Source: Curvularia clavata (taxonomy: Eukaryota). Taken from it: a stretch of 64,000 nucleotides of DNA. Numbering within the stretch: position 1 is the first letter of the stretch; every line of letters begins with the position of its first letter. Location of the stretch: positions 4,898,001-4,962,000 of the forward strand of contig CP089274.1 in assembly GCA_023920165.1 (NCBI GenBank). The letters are read 5' to 3'. The position numbers and the translations under genes were made by a program. Shown here piece by piece: positions 11,575 through 23,900 of the stretch. Under the pieces are notes generated by a model. The model was not told where the DNA came from and searched no databases. It saw only the letters and a list, made by a program, of their open reading frames with translations.

Positions 11575-14500
11575 TCAAGCACCGTTCTTCTGTCCATTCG
11601 TCGTCGTCGTTGTCGTGGCAGTTGGCGTCGTCGTCGTCGCACTAGTCGATGGCTTCTCCGAATTCAGCATCTTATTATACATGCCCTTGATCGCGGGCAC
11701 CGTGACTCCAGGACGAGGCCAGTGATTGTTGATCGTATAGCTCCTATTGCTTGTTAGCATGCCAATTAAACCACGCAAATCAACCACACTTACCACAGTC
11801 GCTCCTCGAGCTCGGCATTGTCCCGAGTCTCTGCGCGAATAAAGTTGCCAATGGCAATCAGCTCAATCTTCAACACTCTGACCATGGCATCCTTCTGTGG
11901 ATAGTTCTTTGGCGTCGCCTTTTTGAGCCGGCTGAGGTTGTCGCGAACAGGCCGAAGCTTCCGCTCAAGGAAGTCGTCTGGCTTCTTCTCCTTGACCTTG
12001 GCTGCCTCCACGCTGCGGTCTGGCACCTGGCTCTGGCTATGTGAACGAGCCCGGTCATCAGAGAGCCGCGGCCGATCGTCCCTGACCCGCTGCCTATCCA
12101 CGTCACCGCTAGTCTTTCGTCGATTCTCTGGCGTTCCAGTTCGGTCCGCATGCTGCTGGCGACGATCAATGCTGCCTCGATCACTGCGGTGTTCCTTGCG
12201 ATGAGCATCAGAAGGTCGGTATTGGTCGCTGTGCCTAGGACGATCATCCCGGTTCCTGTCGTGGTGACGGCCATCCGTTCGACTATCAGGACGCCGGACA
12301 TCGCTGCTGCTGTGGGCACGGTGTGAGGGGCGGTCTGAGTCACGAGACTGCATCCTTCGCATCGCACTGCCTGGCCCAGGGCTAGCAGAAACGCTCGAAG
12401 CCTTCTCTGCCCGGCGTGCGGCATTGAGATGGTGCTTCTTGTTGTTGCGGTGGTGATTCTCCATCAAACGCTTGACATTGGGGTCCGAAGTACTCTTGTC
12501 CTTCAGTACCGTAAGGAGGTAATTGGCACGACGGACCAAGTGTACAGCCCCAGGAGATTTGGCGTTCTTGTCTTCGCCCTTGGTTCGCTCCTCTTTCTTG
12601 TCGACGCGATGCTCCTCTAGATAGAACTTGTCCGTCAGGCCCAGCTCTGGATCATCACGGATCGGGATCCAAGCACCGTAGCCATGGCGCTGAATACCAA
12701 TGCAGAGCATACCATCTTCACGCGCACCCCAAGGGCAGGAGTAGCTCGCTGGCTTGATGGCATCCGGAACACGGAAATTGCGCCAGTCGGGAGTTGCTTC
12801 AACAGCTTCTTTGAGAACGCGCATTTCGACCGGCCGCTCTAGAATGGTCTCCGCGTTGACCTTCTTAACGTCACCAAAGTCGAATAGAATGGCCTTTTTG
12901 TCCTTCTTGGTAAGGGCACGTTTGCCCTCGATCTCCAAGTTCTTGAGCCTCATCTGTTCCTCCTTGACAAGTTGTGTGCTCTTCTCGATGACTTCATCCA
13001 AAGTCGCCTTGACAACACCCATGTCACGACCGACCAGTCTGGCCGCGCGAAGAATCTCGTCACCACGCTCTTCAAGTGATCCATACCGACAGTATGCCGT
13101 GATGAGATTGCGCGCTTCCTTAGTGTTGAGCGGTCGCTTAGGGTCGCGCTTGCCGCTCTCGTCTGCATCAGATTGATCATCGTCGTCGACGTCAATCTGA
13201 GACGCTTCAAGCGCACGTTTCTTCGCAGCTCGCTGTTCCCGTGCACTGGCTGAGGCTGCCTTTCGCTTCCGAGGAGCACTCTCTTCGAGCAACTTCTGCG
13301 TCTCCTCCTCATCTTTACGCTGCTGGATGTCGGCCTTGACAGCCTCAAGTTCTTCCTTGGGGATGATGTCATCCCATTCAAGGTCGATCTTTACGTCTGT
13401 GTATTCGAAATTCTTCAAAAATTCTTCACCACCGTCAGAAGTGAGACCCGCAGCCTGCTCTGTCTTGTGCTCTTCAGCGTTTTCCAGGACAGAGTCAATG
13501 TCAAGCTCTTCCAGCTTCTTCTGATTGCCAGACTGTTCAAACATCTTCTGTCCACGGCGCTTAAGAATGTTGTTGATATCGTCGGCAGAGTTTGGCTCTG
13601 AAGTAACACGACTCATCTTGTCGTTCAGTTCCTTCTGTTGACGGTCGGTTACACCACGTTGGATCGTGATGAACTCGAGCATACGCTTGTTTCGGGCGCG
13701 TTCCAAAATTTCCTCCTCAATTGTATCCTTTGAGACAAGACGATAGACGCTCACGGGCTTCTGCTGACCAATTCGATGAGCACGAGCCATGGCTTGCAAG
13801 TCAGCCTGAGGATTCCAGTCAGAGTCGAAAATGACGACAGTGTCGGCGGTCATCAAGTTGATACCGAGACCACCAGCCCTAGTAGATAACAGGAAACAGT
13901 AGTCCTCGCTGCCGGGAGCGTTGAAGTGATCGATAGCAATCTTTCGCTCTGCCGCGGGGACCGTTCCGTCCAATCGCTGGAATGCGTAGTTACGTAGCTT
14001 AAGGTAGTCGGTTAGAATATCCAACATGTGAACCATTTGGCTGAAGATGAGTACACGATGACCGTCGGCTTTCAACTTGCCGAGGAGTCGATCCAGCAAC
14101 ATCATCTTACCACTAGTGGTAATGAGCGCTTTCAGTGTCTCCTCCTTAGAAGATCCGTTTTTCACAAGCTTGCTCTCGGCATTGGGGAAAAGCAGAGCAT
14201 GATTGCTAGCCTTCTTCAGCTCCATGACGATGTTCAAAAGAGACTGCTTGTGGCCGACACCTCCTTCGTTGAGAGCCTCGTAGTTCCGCGTGAGAATGTT
14301 CTTGTAGTATTCAAGCTGAATGTCGGATAATTCAACTCGGAGAATCTTCTCAGACTTGGGAGGAAGATCATTCTCGACCTTCTCCTTGGTACGACGAATC
14401 ATATAAGGCTGAATGGCAGAGCTGAGCTCGGCAAGCTTCTGGCTGGCATCTTCAGATGACAGGTCGACATGCTCGTCAACAGAGATCTTTCCTGGCATCA

Positions 14501-16704
14501 AGAAGTCCATCAGAGCAGCCAGCTCACCCAACGTATTTTGAATAGGAGTGCCAGTAATGAGCAGTCGGCAAGGTGCGTTGAATGCTGTTAGCCTTTCGTA
14601 GAGCTGCGACTCCCGATTCTTCAATCGATGGGCTTCGTCAACGGCAAGGAACTGCCACTTGATGCTTTGCAAGAACTGCCAGTCCGCAAGAACGTATTCG
14701 TACGTGGTCAAAAGGACATTGAACTTGACCTTTTTTGTGTTGCCGTCCACAAGAAGCTCCTTTTCCTTGATAATGTTGCGAGCCTCCTCTCTTCCAGTAT
14801 AGATGACATAGTTCACATCAGGTGTCCAGTTGTTGAAGGTATCCGCCCATGCGGGCATGGTAGACAGCGGTACAACACAGATCATCGGACCGTCCTGCTT
14901 ACGATCATGCCTCAGCCAGTTGATGAACGAGACGGTTTGTACTGTTTTCCCCAGACCCATCTCATCAGCCAGGATGACATTAGTGCCTCGACACCAGTTG
15001 TGCGCAAGGAAGTTGACACCTTGGAGTTGGAAAGACCTCAGCTGCCCAAACTTGATGTACTCGGGCTGCGTGTCCATCTTGACAAACTTCCTGCGGGTAT
15101 TGGGATTCGACTCGCGGGGATCGGAGGTGGGTCGATTCGCTGAGCGGTCGAGATACCTGTCAATCTCACTTTGCGACAAGCGGCTGACAAGTGACGCCGG
15201 CTCCCATGTACAGAACTCGTATGTCAGTCCTTTCCCTATGACAATGTTAGGTGATTCGGGTAGAAGCTGAATATGGACAGGCTTACATTTGACAAAGTAC
15301 TCTGTCTCGTCCTCGCCATCGCGAGTGTCAATGACACGCTCCACGATGTGGAAGTCAAGTTGACTTTCACGCTCCGCTTCACGTGCAACCATGTGCTGCT
15401 CGAATTCCTCTGGGTCTTCGGTCTTGCGGCTGTGGTAGTACATGTCGTTCTGGACAGGGCCCTTGTAGTAGTTGTCCAGTTTACGGATGCCTTTGTATGC
15501 GGATGCGGTCTTGTAATCTTCCCATGTGGAGTGGTAGTGGGCCTTGTCTTGCCATTTGATCTATTGTAGAGTCAGTATCATGAACAAGAATGGCCTGTGG
15601 CTGTTGTGTGGGCTTACCAAGTATTCAAAATCATGTTTGTCAAAGGATGGATCTATCTCTGCGTCTTGTTAGCAAATGTCAGCATAAGTCTTGGTCGTTC
15701 TCTGTTACCTAGTCCGTCTTTCGGCCGGTGGTCGAGGATTTTGTCGATGACAGGGCCACTGTCTTCAACAGCATTTGCCCAGTAGGCCGAGGTCATCTCG
15801 TCTTCCTCTTCTGCAAACTCGTCTTCATCATCCTCTTCGTTGTAATTCGCGACCTGAGCTGTGCGCCGTGCTGAGAATCGAACCTCGGCTTGAGAAGGAG
15901 GCTCGCGACCTGTAGCAACGGCATGCTGACGTTGACGTTGCTTCTTGGTCGGAATGTTGCGACGGGCTCCAACGTAGCCATCCGACTCAGAGTCTGAACC
16001 TGTTGACCGATAAACTGGTGTCGGTTGGTTGGAGGCTGGATGGACATGTCAGAGATGCTCAACACGGGAGGGGTATAGGTAGACAAACTCTTGCGCGAGG
16101 CTGTCCTTTGCCGCTTGCGCGGTTGATCTGAGTCATAATCGTCTTCTTCATCACTGCTATCAACCTAAGCGTTGTTAATACTGGCTTCCTATATCGACTG
16201 CGGCTTACTTACAACGCGACGACTAGGGCGGGCGCGACCCTGGGATGCGAGTTAGCGTATGTATGGAAGGGGGTTATATCTTCTACGCACACTGCGACGC
16301 AGACCATAGAGCTCTGGATTCTGTTCAATGTAGTTGTCCTGTTCAGCGCTTGCCTTCCGCTTGGTCGGCCTTGTCGACTCTTGTGACGAGCTTCCGGCGC
16401 GATCGCTCTCTGCCTGCTCGGACGGCGGTGACTCAGAGTCGTAGTCGCCGTCTGGCTCGCCCTCGGCGTCTACATCCTCAGAAGAGTCTGAAGCAGCAGC
16501 GATCTCTTCTTCTTCGTCATATTCTTCTCCCGGCGCGTCGATATCGGATGCCTGGGCGGCCGCGGCGTGCTCTTTCGCGTCGGACACATCGCTGTCACTG
16601 TGGTGGGAGGAGCTGTCTGCGGTTGTCATATGGGCTGCGAGAGGCGACAAATGGCCGTTCGTGTATGGTAAAGAGGCAACATGGCCCGGTGAAGAGGGCA
16701 TCAT
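11575..16704 (-). CDS. CHD1: Chromodomain-helicase-DNA-binding chromatin remodeler (CHD1/Hrp3 type)
   Basis: Multi-exon gene; introns include 16290-16240, 16212-16165, one starting at 16088, two near 15.56-15.71 kb, 15286-15236 and 11793-11744. Two chromodomains ([20 protein letters not shown]...[13 protein letters not shown]); SNF2 motifs [55 protein letters not shown]-like C-terminal region. Confidence 0.95.
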
Positions 16705-17613
16705 GATGGACGCGGCTGAGAGAAATGGTCAGTACGATATTTCAAGCTTCTGTGGGTCCCGGCGCCTCGGAGCGGATGCGTTGAATAGAGCAGAACGACG
16801 CGACTCAGAATGGGCAGAAAGCGGCCAGAAACGAGAGCAAAGACCCGAGCAATGGAGGGCTGATGGAATGCGGTGGTGGTGGATGAGCGCGTGTTGGAAC
16901 AAGGGCAGTGGGGCGGTGTGAGCCAGCAAAAGGCCTGGCTGGGTACGAGGAGCGGTAGAGGACGGGCGAAAGCGTTCTGTACGTCGTGCAAGGCCGAGCT
17001 ATGGGTGCGAGGCGGGTTGCGGGATGCAAGGGCGTGGAATAGTGATGGATTGATGGACAAGGGCTCGGGCGGTGCCAGGCACGTCGCGCCCGTTGGCGAG
17101 GAAAAGGCACGCGACCTAGGAGTCAATAGAGAGAGTACTTACAGTCCATGGTCAAGACACCCTCGATACAGGCGGGGTGGGGGTATAGTCTTGGTAAGGC
17201 GAGGTATGGGTGGTGGTGAGGGTTGGTGGAGTTTCGTTATGGTCGGGGCTTGCAATCGAACACCAGCGCCCTGCACGCTAGTGACAGCCGCACCCGCCAC
17301 CAATCAGCGCCCGCCCTAACACGCTTACCACAAAGTGAATGCGACAACGTCAGTCTGGAGACTATTGTGCGGCCCACTCGTCACTTTTCACGCCTCCTCT
17401 ACCCCGTCCGCGAAGTTTGCTGGAGCCCCGTACTCTGCCCGACGTTTGCACCACCTCAGCGCGCACTGGTCTGGGTAGTCAGTCCATCTCGTCGAGTCCT
17501 GTGTTGCCTGTGTGTGCACACTGGTTCCCGCCCGCCAAATTCCCCGCCAACGTACGTAGTTTGCGACCACCGCCCACAGCAAGCCAAACGACACAACACC
17601 AGCAACCGCCAAC

Positions 17614-19655
17614 ATGTCTGACAAGCTCACCCGGTACGCCACACGTCATCTTTGTTGCGTTTGACCATCTTCGACTGACTTATTGTAGTATTGCTATTGT
17701 CAACTCGGACAAGGTAACCCCGCTACCCCTCCACGCACAAAATTTGGCCGTCGCTAACCTGAGGATGTTCGCCCTCATAGTGCAAGCCCAAGGTAGGTGC
17801 CATCCTCAAATACCCCTTTCCGGTTCTCAATGGGCTAATCCTCATCAGAAATGTCGACAAGAATGCAAGAAGTCCTGTCCCGTGGTGCGCACCGGCAAGC
17901 TGTGCATCGAAGTAGACTCGTCCTCCAAAATCGCCTTCATCTCGGAACGCCTCTGCATCGGATGCGGTATCTGCCCCAAGAAATGCCCCTTTGATGCCAT
18001 TAACATCATCAACTTGCCCACGAACCTCGAGACCCAGGTCACCCACCGATACTCAGCCAACAGCTTCAAGCTCCACAGACTGCCCATGCCCCGTCCTGGC
18101 CAGGTGTTGGGTTTGGTCGGAACAAACGGTATCGGAAAGAGTACGGCGCTCAAGATTCTGAGCGGAAAGCTCAAGCCCAACCTGGGTCGCTATGATAACC
18201 CGCCAGACTGGGAGGAAATCCTCAAGTACTTCCGCGGTTCTGAGCTTCAGAGTGAGCCTCTCCACTACCATGCACGAAGCGTGGAGCTAACCAATGATAG
18301 ACTACTTCACAAAGGTGCTTGAAGATAACCTCAAGGCCGTTGTCAAGCCCCAGTATGTCGACCAGATTCCCAAGGCCATCAAGTCCGCCGACCGATCCGT
18401 CGGCAAGCTCATCCAGGCCCGCTCTCAGATGGACAACCTTGACGAGATGATTGACGACCTCGAATTGCGACACATCTTCGACCGCGACGTTGGTCAACTG
18501 TCTGGTGGTGAACTGCAGCGTTTCGCTATTGCTCTCGTCTGCGTCCAACAAGCCGACGTGTACATGTTCGACGAGCCTTCTTCTTTCCTCGATGTCAAGC
18601 AACGTCTTGCCGCCGGTCGCAAGATCCGCAGTCTTCTTCGCCCTGATGACTACGTCATTGTTGTCGAGCACGACTTGTCTGTGTTGGACTATCTTTCCGA
18701 TTTCATCTGCGTTCTCTACGGAAAACCTGCTGTTTACGGTGTCGTCACCCTCCCCGCATCCGTCCGTGAAGGTATCAACATCTTCTTGGATGGTAACATT
18801 CCTACGGAGAACTTGCGTTTCCGTGAGGAATCCCTTCAGTTCCGAATTGCTGAGGCAGGTGATGAGTACCTGGCTGACCACAACCGTGGCTACTCGTACC
18901 CTAGCATGAAGAAGACCCTTGGCGGCTTCGAGCTCAATATCGAGTCTGGTTCCTTCACCGACTCTGAAATCATTGTCATGATGGGTGAGAACGGTACCGG
19001 AAAGACGACTTTCTGTAAGATGCTTGCCGGTGCTCTGCAACCCGATGGCGACACCAAGGTTCCCAAGATGAGCATCAGCATGAAGCCCCAGACCATCACT
19101 CCCAAGTTCCAGGGTACCGTTCGACAGCTCTTCTTCAAGAAGATCAAGGCCGCCTTCCTGAGCCCGCAGTTCCAGACTGATGTCTACAAGCCGCTCAAGA
19201 TGGATGATTTCATTGATCAGGAAGTGCAGAACCTCTCTGGTGGTGAATTGCAGCGTGTTGCTATTGTGTTGGCTCTTGGTATCCCTGCCGATATCTACCT
19301 CATCGACGAGCCCAGTGCGTACCTCGACTCCGAACAGCGTATCATTGCCTCCCGTGTCATCAAGCGCTTCATCATGCACGCCAAGAAGACTGCCTTTGTC
19401 GTCGAGCACGATTTCATCATGGCCACGTACCTTGCGGACCGTGTCATTGTCTTCGATGGTCAACCGGCTGTCAAGTCCCGTGCCAACAAGCCCGAGTCCC
19501 TGCTCACTGGTTGCAACACTTTCTTGAAGAACTTGGACGTCACCTTCCGTCGTGACCCCAACTCATACCGTCCTCGTATCAACAAGGACAGGTCTCAGCT
19601 TGACCAGGAGCAGAAGCTCAGCGGCAACTACTTCTTCCTGGAGGATGAGAGTTGA
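17614..19655 (+). CDS. RLI1: ABCE1/RLI1 Fe-S ATPase (ribosome recycling and translation initiation)
   Basis: Exons 17614-17633, 17689-17713, 17781-17792, 17849-18251, 18301-19655. Protein starts [44 protein letters not shown] ferredoxin motif; two Walker A motifs ([16 protein letters not shown]); two LSGGELQR signatures; C-terminus [10 protein letters not shown]. Confidence 0.98.
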
Positions 19656-19893
19656 AGAGGTTTTCAATAAGCGAAACACGCCTCCCTCACAGCGCCGCCC
19701 ACATGGGCACGTCAGGACCGGGGTGACTAAAAAGGGCAACAAGAAGCGTGGTCTGAGAGCACGCGCTGTGAGCCTTTTGGATGATGAGGCGACGGACGTG
19801 GTAGAAGAGGATGATGATGGCAGGATCCTTGGTGGCGGTCGACCTCCTGCGCTCACTAGTCACCTTCTCATTCTAGTCGAGGATGTTGTATAA
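19645..19893 (+). CDS. Candidate 82-aa downstream ORF overlapping the RLI1 stop codon (+1 frame)
   Basis: In GATGAGAGTTGA the ATG (19645) starts 8 nt before the RLI1 TGA (19653-19655). The frame is open to TAA 19891-19893, with a basic block followed by an acidic block. Translation is unproven. Confidence 0.35.
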   Translation: MRVEEVFNKRNTPPSQRRPHGHVRTGVTKKGNKKRGLRARAVSLLDDEATDVVEEDDDGRILGGGRPPALTSHLLILVEDVV

Positions 19894-20950
19894 ATCACAA
19901 GCAGATAGTCAGTTCGGGTCAAGCTAGGTGGCCGCCACGAGTTTCAAGGTGAAAAACGGGCCGCTAAAAGTAACATTTATGTATCTAGAGAATAGGCGCA
20001 CAATTGGCAATAGGGTGAGCATTAGCTTGCCATGTTCATCTTGAGTCTAGTTAATGTGCTGCGAGTGGTGCAAGATAGGGTGAGATGACGAAAACTCTTT
20101 ATATGTCTTGATGAATACGGCAGTCGTTGCGTCTGTGTTTGCTTTTCCCGTGTGAATGTACACGGACGTTTATACCCGATGGGGCGCTCGCCCACTCACT
20201 CACTTATTCATCAGTCTCTAGACTATACCAACACACGACATCATGCAGGTCAATGAAGAGAACTATGGGGAAAGGGGCTTGCTAGCTGTAACCATGATAT
20301 CCCCGTGTATTCCGCATCACGTGAGCACTTTGACTTCCTACGTACTTCAATCTAATAAGTTAATATTCATTTTTGTATATTTCCTCTCTCCCCCTCCTAC
20401 CTTCCCCAGCCAAAAGGAGTAGTTGATGCGGATAAGATGCTTCAAACCTGATAGACAAAGTCTATCCTTACTATCCAATACATATCTTATGTACAGAAGA
20501 ATTCGAGAAAAAAAAGCCGAAATTGATGTTTTGTGAAGAAGGAAACAACTAGAGATGAAACTATATGGCTCTGTGAGATCAAAGAAAAGATAGAAAGTAA
20601 TGAGTGAGAGAGGATCTGAAGGGGGGTATCTTGTATCCCAACTGAGAGTGGCAACGAAAGAAAATAATACGGTGTTGCAATATCAACCCGTCAATGTTTA
20701 TTGGAGACTAGAGAAAGGGGAAGAAAATAAGTTAAAGAAGGAGAGGGGGTATATGTATATCTGTATAGTGATTCCCAAAAGACAATTTCCAGCCAGATTT
20801 CAGCAATGCTTTTGATCTTAGTCTTTGCTCTTCTCGATTCTGCTTCTCAACATGCTGAGGATAAGAAAATTGCGTCACGAATAACGAACCAAAAGAAAAG
20901 GGTGAGAATAGAAAATCCCATCGTGGTCTTGTACCTACAAATGGCTCCGT

Positions 20951-23900
20951 TCAAGCCCGCCACATAGCTTCCTCGCCCATCGGCGTCGTCGGCAACCGGC
21001 TTGCCAGTTCCAAGTTACTGTTCATGAACTCTGCGTCTTCTTCCTCTTCGGAGCGCTTGCTCGCCCTAGACAATGGTGTGCGCATAGGACTAGTCTGCAT
21101 TGCTAGTTCGCCGTCGAGGCTTGCGGAGAGTGACTTTGCGTCGGATTCTTCTGGCTGGGTGATGGTAGTAGCGGGAGGTGGTAGTGATGATGAAGATGAA
21201 GTTTCGGCATCACCAGACGCTTTGCTGGCTCTTTTGCGTGCGCGTTCCTGGCGGGCTTCTTCTCTTTGGCGCATGAGTTCCCGCTCGTGAGCTACGGCTT
21301 TTGCGCGGCGCTCTTCGACATCTTTGCGCTTGATAACTTTGCCGAGGGCGTCGGAAGCTTGGATAAGACCGTCGATGCTAATGGCGTGGTTGGTCATCTG
21401 ATGGTTAATATAGTGATACACGCCAGCCGGAGTATCGCATTGCAAGAGGGCCTTTTCGTTCAGCTTGAGAAGCGCGAGTGCAATCTGGAAGAGGAAGGTG
21501 GAGCCGTCGTGCATGCAGAGAACAATATCCCAGACACGGAACAGCGCTTCGGCAGATAGGCAGTCAGTAAAGACGGACAAGAACCATTGGAACGTTAGGG
21601 CCTCGAGCTCAATTTCGAGTTCGTCGAGATGAGCAGATAGTCGTGGCAGAATTTCAGCAACGTATTGGCGAAGCACAGACTGGTCGGCGCGTGAAGTGAG
21701 CAGGTGCTGGTCGTAGTAATGCTGCGGCAGGATTTCTTCAATCATAGCGGTCAGGACCCAGAAAGCGTCTTCAGGTGTGGGCATAATTAGTAGTAAACAT
21801 GCAGCGATCAGGTTCATGCCTTGGCAGTAGCCAACCTCTGGGTTACGACGGGAGTAGGCGAGCAGCACTTCCTGGAGCTTCTGTACTCCAGGGCCAGTCC
21901 GGAAAAAGATGTTGTCCGTTAGCGTTCGGGTAATGTCCATCTGTATCTGAGTTGCAATTGTGGGGTCGTCTTCGCCGTTATTGACCAAATCTTCGTAGTA
22001 ACCTGGCGTGCGCAAATGCAAGGCCCCGCTTCCCTCAGCCCAGATGGCGGCTCTCATGTGTACGGGAATGCCACCCAAAACAAGGCGGCGAAACTCTTGC
22101 CATTTGGCACGGCCCACCTTGCCCTTGTTTCCCAGTCCTGCAATGCCAACCAGTTCACCGTCTGCGAGGAATGTTTCGGGCATTGCATTGGTGCCTTTTC
22201 CATTCTCACCCGTACTCGCCACTTCGCCCTCGCGTTTGTTTTGCGCACGTACTTTACGGAGAAAGTCATTCCATTTGACTGTTCTTTCCTTCTGCAAGTT
22301 GTCATGCAGTTCACTCATTTGCTCGAGAAGAGACTGTACCGGATCCATTTGATTCGGATACGGGCTGATGGGTGTGGATGGCCCAGGAGAAGTAGCAGTC
22401 ACAGAAATCTCCGCATTTCCGGAAACAATACGAGATGGTGATGGTTCCGGGTTGACGCTGGTGGTTGGCACCGAGCCCCGCTTCATGAGAGTGATCTGGC
22501 TCTGACCAATCTTGAAAGAAGATGTTTCTCCCTCAGCAGACTCTACAGTAGTAATGGGTGCCGCTGATGGGGTATGCGAAAGTAGCTCAGTTGGGTGCGT
22601 AGCCAGTTTCAAATAGTCAGCCCAGGTCTTGCTCGCTGGCTGGCTAGACTGATCTTCTGAATCTGCACTGGATGGGCGCACAACGCCACTAGCTTGATCT
22701 CCTGTAAGCATATCACCTTCGACATGGTCAACGTCGTCTCCTTTTGCAAGGTTGTTGAGCGCAGTCCTGTTGTCGCTGAGTGACTCGACATTGCTGCTTC
22801 GTTTTTGTTTGACGAGAGCAGCAGCAGCTTCGCTCTGCCTTTTCTTTCGGCGCTGATCATAGATGAAACCAAATCTATCAGTCAGATACTCGCTGCTTCC
22901 AACAAATCGGTTGTGCTGATGTACAAGTGTTGGCGGACGTGATTCCTCAGGCAAAATGCGATCCATTTCTACCGGTCCGAGATTGCTCAGTCCACGGGCT
23001 GGCTGAGATGGGCCGAGATTACTCGACACGGCCTTGGGCTGCTCTCCGGCGATGCTTTTGATGGTTCCATTCGGGCCCAGCGCGCGTCCTCGCTTCTGTG
23101 TGCTTGCTAAAGAAGACTTTGCGGATTGGGCAGTCCTGGTTGAGTCCATCGAGGGTGCACGGTCGGCAGCATCTGAGGCGGTGGACTTGCGCCCCCGAAC
23201 CGTACCTGCTTTGTTAGGACTTGCAGCGCTATTGCCCGCCACCATTTTCAACGCCCAACTCGCTAGTGAGGTAGATGACGATCTACGCGTCGGCCCATCT
23301 CCTGAAGGGTCTTGGCTGTTTAATCTGCGTAGTGCAGGTGCAGCAGCTGAGCCAGAGGGGGGTACAAAAGTGTCGTTTGCAAGAGGCTTGCGTGGCAGTT
23401 TTGCGCCGCTAGATGCGCGCGACCGTGTTCCAGCTGGCAGACTGTCGATTTCCCGCTCGACATGGCTGGCAATGGATGGAGCTCTGCTGCTTTTCCTGCT
23501 CGTGCCCGTCCATATATAGCTCTTCCAGTTGGATTTGGGGCCGTCGCGTGGGACGTCTGAGGAGACCGAGTTGAGCGACATGACATCTGCTGGGTACGCT
23601 GCATTGCCCATATCGATGCCCAGCGCATCCGGGTGCTCAGCTAGCTCGTCCTCCATGGCCCTGGCAAGCCTGTCCTCCATGGAGTCGTCTGGGTGTAATC
23701 CGGCGGACGCACTGTCGCCCCTTGTCCTTGTCTTGGTAAGTCCATTACCCTGCTCTTTAGTTCTGTCGAGCTCACGGAGCCTGTTTTCAATGTCCATATT
23801 GGACACTTCACATTCTTGCAGCATTTTTCTCAGCATACGCTCGCGCTCCTCGGCTCGTCTTCGCAGTGCGGTAATTTGGGCGTCGCGCTGGGCCAAGTCA

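Noticed and set aside
18222..19463. 413-aa antisense ORF over RLI1
   Set aside because: It mirrors a strongly codon-biased gene, has no domain and no true ATG start; a typical antisense shadow.
19653..19670. In-frame stop readthrough of RLI1
   Set aside because: TGA is followed by AGA GGT TTT CAA TAA, adding only a few residues, with no recognised readthrough context or targeting signal.
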